DNA of 36,326 nt from a virus, in IMG/VR virus record IMGVR_UViG_3300026628_000004. The stretch is one strand, 5' to 3'. Under the pieces are notes generated by a model, which was given only the letters and a program-made list of their open reading frames with translations, did not search any database and had not been told where the DNA came from. Below are positions 17,911 through 27,805 of the stretch, piece after piece. The position numbers were made by a program, and so were the translations under genes. Numbering within the stretch: the stretch's first letter is position 1; each line of letters begins with the position of its first letter.

Positions 17911-19343
17911 TGGGACACGGTATAAGAATTTATGAACAGGCTACAAGCCTGTTGCCGCCGAGATCGGTTGACTCGGCGCTGCCGGTTGTTTTCGGTACTG
18001 CACCGCTGAACATGGGAAAGACCGAAAATGTAAACAAGCCGGTTCTCTGTTACAGCTATGCAGACGCAGTTGAGGAGCTCGGCTATCTTGATGATTATGC
18101 AAATTACACTCTTTGTGAAATGATGCATGCGTATTTTGTCATGTACGGCTGCAAGCCGGTTGTGTTTGTGAATGTGCTTGATCCGGCTACACACAAAACA
18201 GAGATTACAGGCTCCGCCGTAACTCTTGCCGATGGCAAGGTTACGATACCTGAGACAGGGATTCTTAAAGATACTATTGTTGTGAAAGATTCCGGCGGGA
18301 CAACAACGTATGTGCTTAACACAGACTACACAGTAGCTTTTGATTCAGACGGTTATATTGAAATCAAAAAGATAGACACAGGGTCAATAGCTTCAAATGA
18401 TATTACGGTATCTTACTCGAAGCTGGATCCCAGTGCAGTAGTCAAGGATGATATTATCGGCGGCATCGATGCAGCAACAGGAGTCAAGACAGGCCTTGAG
18501 CTTGTGTCGGAAGTTTTTACACGTTTCCGTATGGTGCCCGGAGCTCTGCTTGCTCCAGGATGGTCTTATAATGTTGACGTTGCTGCACTCCTGGCGGCCA
18601 AGGCAGAAGGCATAAACGGTCTGTTCAGATGTGTTGCAATCGCAGATATTCAGGATGCTTCCATTGAAAAGTATTCTGACATCCCAGCGTTCAAACAACA
18701 AAAGAGTCTCATCGATGAGGACATGTTATTGTGCTGGCCGAAAACAGCGCTTGGTGACAAAGAGATATGGATGAGCACACAGGTTGCCGGTGTGATGGCT
18801 GCCACTGATGCAGACAATGAGTCAGTTCCCTATGTATCTCCGTCCAACAAAAACTTTGTTATGGACAGAGCGATATACAGCGGCAAGGAAGTATGGCTGA
18901 CAAACGACGAGGCTACTTACCTGAACGAGAACGGCATTGTCACAGCTCTGAATTTCATGAACGGCTGGGTATGCTGGGGCAACAGAACTGCTGCGTATCC
19001 TGACATAACCGACGTGAAGGATACTTTTATCCCGATTCGCAGGATGTTCTCCTGGATAGGAAACACCATAGTGCTGACATACTGGCAACGGGTAGATTTC
19101 CCGATACGCAGGCGTTTTATAGCTACCATTGTGGACAGCATTCAGTTCTGGCTGAACGGTTTAACATCAAGAGAAATAATTCTGGGCGGCAGGATCTCTT
19201 TTGTTGAAGAAGAAAATCCTGTAACCGATATAATGAATGGCATTATTCGCTTTCATTTGCACGTTACGCCGCCGAGTCCAGCAGAAGATATAAGATTTAT
19301 ACTCGAATATGACCCTGAATATCTTCAGGCTCTGTTCGGTTAA
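17907..19343 (+). CDS. Contractile tail sheath protein (P2 FI-like)
   Basis: 478 aa, followed by the tube gene. The N-terminus has G..I.E........S.LPVVFGTAP. Confidence 0.85.
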   Translation: MMGHGIRIYEQATSLLPPRSVDSALPVVFGTAPLNMGKTENVNKPVLCYSYADAVEELGYLDDYANYTLCEMMHAYFVMYGCKPVVFVNVLDPATHKTEITGSAVTLADGKVTIPETGILKDTIVVKDSGGTTTYVLNTDYTVAFDSDGYIEIKKIDTGSIASNDITVSYSKLDPSAVVKDDIIGGIDAATGVKTGLELVSEVFTRFRMVPGALLAPGWSYNVDVAALLAAKAEGINGLFRCVAIADIQDASIEKYSDIPAFKQQKSLIDEDMLLCWPKTALGDKEIWMSTQVAGVMAATDADNESVPYVSPSNKNFVMDRAIYSGKEVWLTNDEATYLNENGIVTALNFMNGWVCWGNRTAAYPDITDVKDTFIPIRRMFSWIGNTIVLTYWQRVDFPIRRRFIATIVDSIQFWLNGLTSREIILGGRISFVEEENPVTDIMNGIIRFHLHVTPPSPAEDIRFILEYDPEYLQALFG

Positions 19344-19353
19344 GGGGTGAGAT

Positions 19354-19866
19354 ATGCAAGAAAGAATAACAGGCTTTAAGGCCTACAATGACAATAAAGA
19401 ACTGCTGGGGGTTGTTGATGTAACACCTCCGGCTATAGAAGCTATGACAGACACCGTATCCGGAGCAGGAGTGGCCGGAGAAATAGACAGCCCGACGGCA
19501 GGCCTTACAGGCTCAATGACGCTGGGGGTGACATGGAGAACTGTTGAAAAACAGGCCGAAGCGCTGAACGCTCCCAAGCTTCACGAGTTGGACGTAAGAG
19601 GCTCTATCCAGAAGTTTGACAAAGGCAGCGGCAAATACGTGCACATACCGCTGCGATATTTTATCAAAGGTACACCTAAGTCCATTGACGGCGGCAAGCT
19701 CGAAACCTCGGCATCTATGGATATCTCGCAAGAGTGGGAGCTTATCTATTTCAAAAAAGAGCTGGATGGACAGGCTCAGATAGAGGTCGATAAGTTCAAC
19801 TATATCTACAAGATAAATGGAATCGATTATCTTTCTGAAGTAAGAAAAAACCTGGGAATGGAGTAA
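19354..19866 (+). CDS. Tail tube protein (P2 FII-like)
   Basis: 170 aa with the pattern F.AY.D...LLGV.DV..P..E..T..VSGAGVAGEID.P. Confidence 0.8.
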   Translation: MQERITGFKAYNDNKELLGVVDVTPPAIEAMTDTVSGAGVAGEIDSPTAGLTGSMTLGVTWRTVEKQAEALNAPKLHELDVRGSIQKFDKGSGKYVHIPLRYFIKGTPKSIDGGKLETSASMDISQEWELIYFKKELDGQAQIEVDKFNYIYKINGIDYLSEVRKNLGME

Positions 19867-19870
19867 AAAT

Positions 19871-20128
19871 ATGGAAAAAGTAACTTTGAAATATCCGGTA
19901 AAAAACGGTGATACAGAGATCACAGAAGTTTCTGTCCGCAGGCCGAAAGTGAAAGATACTATGAAACAAGACTTTATCACGGAGTCTGAATACGAGATTA
20001 AGGTAGTATCTAATATTACAAATCTTCCTGAAGATGTTATCCAGGAAATGGATCTGGCAGATTATGCTGAGGTACAGGAGAAAATCTCAAATTTTTTGCC
20101 GGAGAAGCTGCGGATTATGAAACAGTAA
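19871..20128 (+). CDS. Tail assembly chaperone (P2 gpE-like), zero-frame product
   Basis: 85 aa, placed between the tube and the tape measure genes. Confidence 0.7.
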   Translation: MEKVTLKYPVKNGDTEITEVSVRRPKVKDTMKQDFITESEYEIKVVSNITNLPEDVIQEMDLADYAEVQEKISNFLPEKLRIMKQ

Positions 20129-20235
20129 TGGGTCTAAGCCTTAATACCCACACTTCGCTTGAGTATCTTATGAATATTGACATAAGAGAATTCCGGCGCT
20201 GGGTGAAGGCTTATAATAAAGTAGCAAAGTCATGA
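19871..20235 (+). CDS. Tail chaperone -1 frameshift product (P2 E+E'-like)
   Basis: The slippery heptamer T_TTT_TTG at 20092-20098 is in the correct phase. The -1 frame from 20098 stays open for 45 codons (AGEAADYETVMGLSLNTHTSLEYLMNIDIREFRRWVKAYNKVAKS) to the TGA at 20233-20235. Confidence 0.6.
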
Positions 20236-20330
20236 ATACAGGGAAACGGGACCGGCAACCCAAAACGGTGTTGCCGTAGTCCTTTCCAGTCAAAAAACAA
20301 GACATGCAGCCAGAGAGGAGCTAAAAGTTT

Positions 20331-23315
20331 ATGATGAAAGAAGGTTTTAATTTTACTATCGGAGCAGCCCTCAGCTCGTCTTTTACGAATAGCATAGGCG
20401 GCGCAACCAAACAAATCAACAAAATGAAAGGCTCTCTCGACAGCATGAACACAATGAAAACTAAAATTGATAGTATCCCAAAAATTGAAAAAAACCTTAC
20501 TTCTCTCGGCTCAGAACTAAACGAGGCAAAACAGAAAGCACAAAATCTTGGCAAGACACTCAACAACCCGCGACCTACCCAGACACTTATAAATAAATTT
20601 CGCAAAGCAGAATCCAGCGTATCTCAGCTGAAAGAACAGTTTGAATCAAACAGGCAGGCTCTCGGTAAATATCAAAATGAGCTGAGAGGAGCTGAAAACA
20701 GATTTGACAAAATAAGCAAAGCAATAGCTGAGACAAATGTGCCAACAAAGGCAATGCAGCAAGAGTACAATGCGGCATCAAAAGCCGTGGATACTTTGAG
20801 AAAAAGGGTCACAAAACAGGAAGCTACTTTCAACAAAAATGCGGCGGAGCTGGAGAGGAACGAAAAGAAGATGCACGATTTGCGGGAAGCTATGAACAAA
20901 TCAAGAAAGCCTACTGCAAAAATGCAGAAAGATTACGAAAAAGCAGTGAATAAAGTAAATAAACTGACTACTGAATACAAAGAGCAAGAGAATGAACTTA
21001 AGAGATACAAAAGGGAGCTGAGCGAATCGGGGGTAAATGTAAACGATCTTGCAGGTGAGCATGATAAACTGTCTAAAAAAATAGAAACCACAAGTAAGAA
21101 GATGAAACGAATGAATGAAATAAACGATGGTATGCAGGCAGCTGATGAACGCATGCAGCATTACAAGTCAAAAATGGTTGGGGCTGTAGTAAGGGCAGCG
21201 GCAATGGGCAGTGTGATTGCAGCGGGGCAACAGATGAGGAAAGCCCAGGGGGAGCTCGCAACTCTGGGTATGTCTGAAAAAGGAATCGGGCAGATAAGTC
21301 AGCAGGCCAAAAAATTTACAAATGAGTTTGCCGGCACAACTGCTCCTAAATTCATAAAAGCAAGCTATGATATTCGTTCGGGTATTGAAACAATCTCTGA
21401 GAAAGGTGTTGGAGAGTTCACAAGGATGGCGGCAATGACTGCTGCTGCCACAAAATCTTCCGTAGGCACAATGACAGATTTGATGGCTACAGGTTACGGT
21501 ATTTTCCGTGATCAGTATGAACAGATGGGATCTGAAATTATAGAAGGTTTCGAAAAACTTAGCCAGGAAGAAAAAGACATAAAGTTCGGGGAATACTTGA
21601 GCGCTGGGATAGCAACATCTGTGCAAAAATTTAAAACTGATGGAAGTAAAATATCGAAAGCTTTGAAAAAACTGGGTGCTACTGCAACTAAAGCAGGCTA
21701 CAGCATGCAGGATCAGCTTGCTGTAATAGGTAAGCTTAGTCAAACAATGGAAGGTTCGGAAGCTGCCACGAAGTTCAGAGCATTTATCGACAAAGCCCAG
21801 GAGGCAGGCAACAAGCTAAAACTAAATTTTACCGACTCAAACGGGGAATTGCTTAGAGTACCAGAGATATTGGAAAAGATAAAAGAGAAGTACGGGGGCT
21901 CTGTGGATGCGATAGAAAAAACAGAGCTAAAAAAAGCATTCGGAACCCAGGAAGCAGCTGCAATGATAGATCTGCTGATTGACAAAACAGGAGAGCTTGA
22001 AGAAGCCTCAAAAGCCGTGGGTGAATCGGCAGGCAAAGGACTCAGTGTAACTGAAAAAATGGCTATGGCAGCCCAGAGAGGAAAAGAATTTGAGCTTTTG
22101 AGCCAGCAAATATTTAATCTGGGATCAACTATTTCCAAGATATTTATGCCGGCAGCTCTCAATATAGCCGGTGCTATAGGTGTTGTCACAAACGGCATAC
22201 AGGGATTTATAGACACCTTTCCCACGATTTCAACCGGCCTGGGCTGGATCGTAGGCGGTTTCGTAAGTATGGGGATAATAGTACCTACAGTTGGTTTTGC
22301 TTTGGCGGGGCTTACAAGTGGCTATTTACGGTTTGCAAAAGTGATGCAGCTTGTCGGCATACGTTTACCGGTCACAAGAGCCGGGTTCAAAAGTCTCACG
22401 AGCATATTATCCCTTACATCCATCAAAACAGGGCTGTTAACCCTGAAAACAAAAGCCCTGTCAGCTGCAACAATGGCTGTCACCGGAGTTACGAAAGCGT
22501 GGGCTGTTGCTCAAAGACTTCTTAACGTAGCATTTATTTCCAGTCCTATAGGCTGGATTGTTGCAGGCATAACAGCTGTGGCTGCAGGTGCATATCTCGT
22601 TATAAAAAACTGGAAATTTATAACCGGTTTTTTCGGCAAGATGTGGTCTTTTGTAAAAAGCATATTCTCAGAATGGCAAGAGAGCTTTTTGAGCCTGTTT
22701 TCTCCTATTGCAATTATCGGAAAACTAAAAACCCTGGGCTCTATCCTATTGCGTTTTAACCCATTGAAAATGATGGTTGATAAAATCATGGGCTTTTTAA
22801 AAGGAACGAGTCTGTACAAAGCCGGAGCAAAACTTGTTGGAACACTTGTCAGCGGTATAAAATCAAAAGTAATGGCACCGGTTGAAGGCATCAAAAAAAT
22901 GCTCGGCAAGGTGAGGGATTTTCTCCCGTTTTCCGATGCAAAGAAAGGACCGCTTTCAGATCTTACAAAGTCAGGATCAAGGATACCGGGGACATTGGCC
23001 GAAGGTGTGGATAAAGGCAAAAAAGGACTTGCATCTGCTTTTGGAGAGAGTCTTTCGATGTTAAAACTTCCGGCGCCTGTTGCTAATGTATTCAATGAAA
23101 ATACATCTCCTGCTGTGTCTGTAAACACCCCTGCGGGTACAAGGCAGAAACAGATCCATATTACTTACAGTCCAACAATCTATTATAGCGGTCCTGCCAC
23201 AGATAGAAACGATATTCAAAACGGAATACAGAAAGCGTTGCGGCTTGATAAAGAGAACCTGAAAAAACTATTACAAGATATTGAGTCAGACACAGCGAGG
23301 GTCTCATATGCGTGA
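20331..23315 (+). CDS. Tail tape measure protein
   Basis: 994 aa. It has a coiled-coil N-terminus and central and C-terminal hydrophobic glycine-rich segments. It follows the chaperone pair. Confidence 0.85.
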   Translation: MMKEGFNFTIGAALSSSFTNSIGGATKQINKMKGSLDSMNTMKTKIDSIPKIEKNLTSLGSELNEAKQKAQNLGKTLNNPRPTQTLINKFRKAESSVSQLKEQFESNRQALGKYQNELRGAENRFDKISKAIAETNVPTKAMQQEYNAASKAVDTLRKRVTKQEATFNKNAAELERNEKKMHDLREAMNKSRKPTAKMQKDYEKAVNKVNKLTTEYKEQENELKRYKRELSESGVNVNDLAGEHDKLSKKIETTSKKMKRMNEINDGMQAADERMQHYKSKMVGAVVRAAAMGSVIAAGQQMRKAQGELATLGMSEKGIGQISQQAKKFTNEFAGTTAPKFIKASYDIRSGIETISEKGVGEFTRMAAMTAAATKSSVGTMTDLMATGYGIFRDQYEQMGSEIIEGFEKLSQEEKDIKFGEYLSAGIATSVQKFKTDGSKISKALKKLGATATKAGYSMQDQLAVIGKLSQTMEGSEAATKFRAFIDKAQEAGNKLKLNFTDSNGELLRVPEILEKIKEKYGGSVDAIEKTELKKAFGTQEAAAMIDLLIDKTGELEEASKAVGESAGKGLSVTEKMAMAAQRGKEFELLSQQIFNLGSTISKIFMPAALNIAGAIGVVTNGIQGFIDTFPTISTGLGWIVGGFVSMGIIVPTVGFALAGLTSGYLRFAKVMQLVGIRLPVTRAGFKSLTSILSLTSIKTGLLTLKTKALSAATMAVTGVTKAWAVAQRLLNVAFISSPIGWIVAGITAVAAGAYLVIKNWKFITGFFGKMWSFVKSIFSEWQESFLSLFSPIAIIGKLKTLGSILLRFNPLKMMVDKIMGFLKGTSLYKAGAKLVGTLVSGIKSKVMAPVEGIKKMLGKVRDFLPFSDAKKGPLSDLTKSGSRIPGTLAEGVDKGKKGLASAFGESLSMLKLPAPVANVFNENTSPAVSVNTPAGTRQKQIHITYSPTIYYSGPATDRNDIQNGIQKALRLDKENLKKLLQDIESDTARVSYA

Positions 23316-23514
23316 GTATGTAACTGTGCAAGGTGACTGCTGGGACAGTATATCAAAAAAGTTTTACGGGACAGAGAAGCTTACTGATAAGCTTATGTCT
23401 GAAAATCCTGAAGAGTCAGGTATTGCAATATTTTCAGCAGGCACAAAGCTGAACATTCCCGATATAAGCGTAGACACTCAGGTCAAAAACCTGCCACCCT
23501 GGAGACGCAAATGA
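23308..23514 (+). CDS. Tail protein X (P2 gpX-like, LysM-like)
   Basis: MREYVTVQGDCWDSISKKFYG...AGTKLNIP matches the gpX pattern. The ORF-track start at 23281 overlaps the tape measure gene, and the ATG at 23308 follows GAGGG. Confidence 0.7.
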   Translation: MREYVTVQGDCWDSISKKFYGTEKLTDKLMSENPEESGIAIFSAGTKLNIPDISVDTQVKNLPPWRRK

Positions 23515-24515
23515 GAAGAGCAGAACTTATACTCGAATATGAAAGTAAAGATATTTCTGCTGATATAGCACCTATGCTAAGCAGCTTTACTTTCACAGAT
23601 AACGCCTCAGACACTGCCGATGATGTACAGATACAACTTCACGACGCAGCAGGGTTGTGGCACAAAGACTGGTTTCCCTCGAAGGGCGCCAAAATCAGCG
23701 CAGGAGTGATGTGCCGCAACTGGGAAAACGGAAAAGATGTAAGCGTAAATTTTGGAGAGTTCACAATCGATGAGGTTACGGCTTCGGGTCCTCCGGATAC
23801 ATTTTCTATTAAAGCAGTATCCGCATTTGTTGATACAAGTATCAGGAATGAAAAAAAGAGCAGAGCTTATGAGCAGTTTAGCTTGCGTGATATTGTCAGC
23901 TATGTTGCTGACAAACACGGTTTTGCTCTTTTTTTTGATTCTGATATCAATCCGCAGATAGAAAGAGCCGATCAGGCAGAAGAAAGTGATCTTGCTTTTT
24001 TACAGCGCATATGTACATCCCACGGTGTAAAACTGAAAGTTACAGATAGGAAGATAGCAGTCTATAATGCAGCAAAATATGACAGCAATGAGCCGGTGAT
24101 GTATATCAGGAAAGCAAAACAGGCAAAAACATGGAATTTTACAACAAAGGCATATGACATCTACAAAGCTTGCAGTGTAAGCTATTGGGACGCTAAAGAA
24201 AAAAAACAAAAATCCTATACTTTTACTCCGGGAGATGCTCCCGAAACCGGCCACACTTTAAAAATAAATGAGCGGGTTGAATCACCTGCAAGAGCTCAGC
24301 AAAGAGCAAAAAACGAGTTGCGAAAAAAGAACAAGGAAGAAGTGTCAGCCTCAATCGACCTTATGGGGGCTCCGGGCCTTGCGGCAGGCTCAAACGTGCA
24401 GCTCGAGAATTTTGGTGTTTTTGACGGGAAATACTCCATCGAAAATTGCACACACAGATTGGCTGGCAACGGTTACACAACATCGCTTTCACTTAAAAAA
24501 ACACTGGGGTATTAG
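23511..24515 (+). CDS. Tail/baseplate hub protein (P2 gpD, late control D family)
   Basis: 334 aa, placed after X. The N-terminal region fits the family pattern. Confidence 0.7.
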   Translation: MRRAELILEYESKDISADIAPMLSSFTFTDNASDTADDVQIQLHDAAGLWHKDWFPSKGAKISAGVMCRNWENGKDVSVNFGEFTIDEVTASGPPDTFSIKAVSAFVDTSIRNEKKSRAYEQFSLRDIVSYVADKHGFALFFDSDINPQIERADQAEESDLAFLQRICTSHGVKLKVTDRKIAVYNAAKYDSNEPVMYIRKAKQAKTWNFTTKAYDIYKACSVSYWDAKEKKQKSYTFTPGDAPETGHTLKINERVESPARAQQRAKNELRKKNKEEVSASIDLMGAPGLAAGSNVQLENFGVFDGKYSIENCTHRLAGNGYTTSLSLKKTLGY

Positions 24516-25211
24516 ATGAATAAAATATACGAGCTGGAAATGCTTATAAAGCGTATGGTCAGGATCGGCAGAGTAACAAATACATATCCTGACAGAGCGA
24601 CAGTGAGGGTTGAGCTGCCTGATGCCGATGACGTTATTTCATCAGAACTGCCGGTACTCTATGCAAAAACGTTTCGAGACAAAAGCTATTTTATGCCGGA
24701 TGTCGGCGAACATGTTTTATGTATGTATCTCCCGAACGGTCTCGAGCAGGGCTTTGTTATCGGTTCTTTTTATTCGAAAGCCGACGCTGTACCTGTGTCC
24801 AGCCAGGATAAAAAACATATTACCTTCGATGACGACACCTGGATTGAATATGATCGGTCAAGTCATCACCTGCAGGCACATACAAAGGGAGATATTACCG
24901 TAACAAATGCCGGGAATGTTCTTGTAGATTCCAAGGGAGATGTGACAGTCAGAAGTCCTTCAAAGGTTCTTGTTGATTGTCCTGACTCGGAATTCACAGG
25001 GAAATTAACAGTAAACGGTCTGTTTACATATAAAGCAGGCATGTTAGGCGGCGGCGGTGCATTAACCGGAGCCGGCGGGGCAAGTGTTCAGGCAAAAATT
25101 GTCGGCAGGCTCCAGGCAACCGAGATAAACAATGATAGCGGTCTTGAATATGACTCGCACGTTCACGGCGGGGTTAACCCCGGAAGCGGCACAAGTGGAG
25201 AGCCCGAATGA
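24516..25211 (+). CDS. Baseplate central spike (P2 gpV family)
   Basis: RIGRVTNTYPDRATVRVELPD...SELPVL...G.HVLCMYLPNG.EQGFVIG is an OB-fold pattern. The tip carries SHVHGG. Confidence 0.75.
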   Translation: MNKIYELEMLIKRMVRIGRVTNTYPDRATVRVELPDADDVISSELPVLYAKTFRDKSYFMPDVGEHVLCMYLPNGLEQGFVIGSFYSKADAVPVSSQDKKHITFDDDTWIEYDRSSHHLQAHTKGDITVTNAGNVLVDSKGDVTVRSPSKVLVDCPDSEFTGKLTVNGLFTYKAGMLGGGGALTGAGGASVQAKIVGRLQATEINNDSGLEYDSHVHGGVNPGSGTSGEPE

Positions 25212-25606
25212 TAGGAACTTACGGAGATATTGTTTTTAATGTTTCGGCTGACAAGGTGAAAACTTTCGGAGATTTCAGCCGAGAAACAAAAATAAAATTT
25301 GCAAAGCATGAAATATATAACGGTAAACCTGTGCTGCAGCATACAGGAGCTGAAAACTGCACAGTAAGCATGAGCATACAGTTGAAAGCCTCACTGGGCG
25401 TAAACCCAAAACAAGAAATTGACAAACTAAAACAACTGGCTGACGCCGGAGAAGAAAAAGCCCTGGTGGTGGGTGAGGAGATACTTGGAAAATATGTCCT
25501 GGAAAGTATTTCTGAAAAACGGGAGCATATAGATAACCGGGGAAACATTATAAATGCAAGCGTTACAATAAAACTGACAGAGTATGTTGACTATGAAAAG
25601 CAATGA
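25208..25606 (+). CDS. Tail protein, P2 gpU-like
   Basis: 132 aa with G.IVF........F.DFSRE....FAKHEIYNGKPVLQHTG. Confidence 0.6.
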   Translation: MIGTYGDIVFNVSADKVKTFGDFSRETKIKFAKHEIYNGKPVLQHTGAENCTVSMSIQLKASLGVNPKQEIDKLKQLADAGEEKALVVGEEILGKYVLESISEKREHIDNRGNIINASVTIKLTEYVDYEKQ

Positions 25607-25916
25607 TTTTGAAGTATCTACACTGCATTTAGACGAAGTAGTTTTTTTTCCTGAAGGACATAGGGAGATATTCCAAAATATAGCCATGATACTGTCAACA
25701 ATTAAGGGCAGTCTGCCTCTTGACAGGGATTTCGGGATATCTGCCATATTTCTTGATGCACCTACAGAAAGGGCAAAAGCGCTCTTGAGGTCTGAAATCA
25801 TCGATGCTGTCCAAAAATATGAACCGAGAGCAGAAATAATATCAGTAAAATTCAGCGGTGATATAAACGGTAAAATATATCCAACCGCGCGCGTGAGGGT
25901 GAAAGATGGATATTAG
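25584..25916 (+). CDS. Baseplate wedge protein (gpW / T4 gp25-like)
   Basis: IFQNIAMILSTIKGSLPLDRDFG...I.DAVQKYEPR pattern. The start may be at 25593. Confidence 0.75.
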   Translation: MLTMKSNDFEVSTLHLDEVVFFPEGHREIFQNIAMILSTIKGSLPLDRDFGISAIFLDAPTERAKALLRSEIIDAVQKYEPRAEIISVKFSGDINGKIYPTARVRVKDGY

Positions 25917-27024
25917 TATTCTTGAAGACATAAAGTTTGTAGAAACTGATCCTGCACAAGTAGAGCAGGAGATAATAAATGCATTTGAAAATATTTCCGG
26001 AAAAACACTTTACGCAGGTGATCCTGTAAGATTATTTCTTGAAGGTCTTGCGTATGTTATTTCTCAGCAACGGTTTCTTATCGATTCCGCAGCTAAGAGC
26101 AATCTTTTAGCGTATGCAACCGGTAATAATCTTGACCATATTGCAGTCTTGTTAGATGTTGTACGCTTAGAACCATCATATGCAACAGTGGATGTGCAAT
26201 TCAACAAGAACCAGGATTACAGCGGACAGGTAACTATACCGCTCGGAACCAGAGTAACCCCTGATAACAAAATATATTTCAAAACAATTAAAGAAAAAAT
26301 AATTGAAACCGGAGAGACGAACGTAACAGTAAAATGCATATGTACCACCGCCGGCCAGGCAGGTAATGGTTTTACTGCAGGGCAAATAGTGACAATTGTG
26401 GATCCTGTTGGGTATATAGAATCTGTAACAAATACCACAACATCCCTGGGAGGTGCAGACTATGAAACTGATGAGCATTTCAGAAGCCGGATACAGATAG
26501 CTCCGGAAAAATTCAGCACAGCAGGACCGGCAGGTGCATATGAATATTGGGCAAAAACAGCACATCCAGATATAGCTGATGTTTATGTGAGCAGTCCCAG
26601 TCCGGGTGTCGTGGATGTATATCCGCTTATGAAGAACGGCGGATTGCCGGACGCTGCCGTTATCCAGGATGTGGAGGATATTCTTACAACTGAAAAAAAA
26701 CGGCCGCTTACCGATTCCGTATCTGTATATCAGCCGCAGCAGGTTAACTACACTATCGATATCGTGTACTATATCAATAATTCTGATGCATCAGTTTCAA
26801 GCAAGATACAGCAGAGAGTGCAGGAGGGCGTTAAAAATTTTACAGATTGGACAAAAGAGAAACTCGGCAGAGATATAAATCCATCAGAACTAATAAGAGT
26901 TATCCAGAACGCAGGCGCCAAAAGAGTTGTAGTGAACAGCCCATCCTACACTGAGGTTGCTGGATCGTCTGTAGCTATAGCAGCAACAAGCACAATAACT
27001 TACGGCGGGCTTGAAGATGAGTAA
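25906..27024 (+). CDS. Baseplate protein J-like
   Basis: 372 aa, in the W-J-I order. It has GG.D.E.DE.FR.RI and AY.YWA segments. Confidence 0.8.
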   Translation: MDISILEDIKFVETDPAQVEQEIINAFENISGKTLYAGDPVRLFLEGLAYVISQQRFLIDSAAKSNLLAYATGNNLDHIAVLLDVVRLEPSYATVDVQFNKNQDYSGQVTIPLGTRVTPDNKIYFKTIKEKIIETGETNVTVKCICTTAGQAGNGFTAGQIVTIVDPVGYIESVTNTTTSLGGADYETDEHFRSRIQIAPEKFSTAGPAGAYEYWAKTAHPDIADVYVSSPSPGVVDVYPLMKNGGLPDAAVIQDVEDILTTEKKRPLTDSVSVYQPQQVNYTIDIVYYINNSDASVSSKIQQRVQEGVKNFTDWTKEKLGRDINPSELIRVIQNAGAKRVVVNSPSYTEVAGSSVAIAATSTITYGGLEDE

Positions 27025-27793
27025 AAAATATACTGATATATCGCTGAAAAATATACTGCCTGAAAATCTGATCAAAGACAGTAATATATCAAAAATTATT
27101 GACACTGTGGATCCTCATATTCTTGAAGCTGCAGGACTCATTAAAAACGCAGAAATATTTTCTTCATTAGACAATCAAAGTGAGCAGATACTTGAACTGC
27201 TCGGCTGGCAATTTCATGTGACACGCTTTGAAGGGTGGTCAGAAAATCTTAACATCACACAAAAAGCTGAGCTCATCAGAAATGCGATACTCTTACACCG
27301 CTACAAGGGGACCCCATGGTCTGTAAAAAAAGCATTTGATATAATAGGTATAGAAGCAACAATTAAAGAATGGTTTCAGGATGGTGGATCCGGGGAGCCA
27401 TATACTTTTAATATCTTTTTAAAAATAGCAGAAGATATTGAACATCTTTATAATGCACTGGGCATAATAGATCAAATGAAAAACGTTAGAAGCAAGTATT
27501 ATGTTGATTTTGATCTGCTGTCAGAAACAAAGATGACAATACAATCTGGTATACTGAACGATATTGAGCCTGAGAAAGCTTTCTCGCTTGAGAAAGCTGT
27601 TTCTTTTTATACGCCTATCGGGAAAATATTCAACATTGATACAGAGGATTCTTTTACAATAGAAAGCAATACAGCTGCATCTTTAAAAAGTGCCGGAATT
27701 TTTTCTCATGAAATCGATAAAGCTGATTTGGAAATAGAAAGATCCGCAACAAAATATATAGGAGCACAAGGTATCATAAATTTTTATATATAA
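27011..27793 (+). CDS. Tail protein I-like (P2 gpI family)
   Basis: ILP.NL near the N-terminus, then LLGWQFHV..FEGW...Q.KAELIRNAILLHRYKGTPW. Confidence 0.7.
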   Translation: MKMSKKYTDISLKNILPENLIKDSNISKIIDTVDPHILEAAGLIKNAEIFSSLDNQSEQILELLGWQFHVTRFEGWSENLNITQKAELIRNAILLHRYKGTPWSVKKAFDIIGIEATIKEWFQDGGSGEPYTFNIFLKIAEDIEHLYNALGIIDQMKNVRSKYYVDFDLLSETKMTIQSGILNDIEPEKAFSLEKAVSFYTPIGKIFNIDTEDSFTIESNTAASLKSAGIFSHEIDKADLEIERSATKYIGAQGIINFYI

Positions 27794-27805
27794 AAGGAGG
27801 CACAA

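Noticed and set aside
20253-20276. Hairpin CGGCAAC-N10-GTTGCCG between the chaperone and tape measure genes as a terminator
   Set aside because: It has no U-tract and lies inside an operon that must read through to the tape measure gene. It may be incidental or linked to translation of the frameshift product.
20587-23128. Long minus-strand ORFs inside the tape measure gene (for example 21168-21743, 21740-22225 and 22511-23128)
   Set aside because: These are shadow ORFs antisense to a confidently called 994-aa gene. They lack an RBS and have Ser/Cys/Phe-rich low-complexity translations. The same reasoning applies to the other antisense ORFs in the track (145-729, 3660-4076, 4627-5085, 5076-5444, 6393-7069, 7233-7707, 15324-15776, 19513-19980, 30151-30678 and others).
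24268-24903. Alternate-frame + strand ORFs 24268-24519 and 24610-24903 (also 6073-6282, 23752-23961, 26669-26878 and 16000-16212)
   Set aside because: They lie entirely within better-supported genes in another frame, lack an RBS and have an unconvincing composition.
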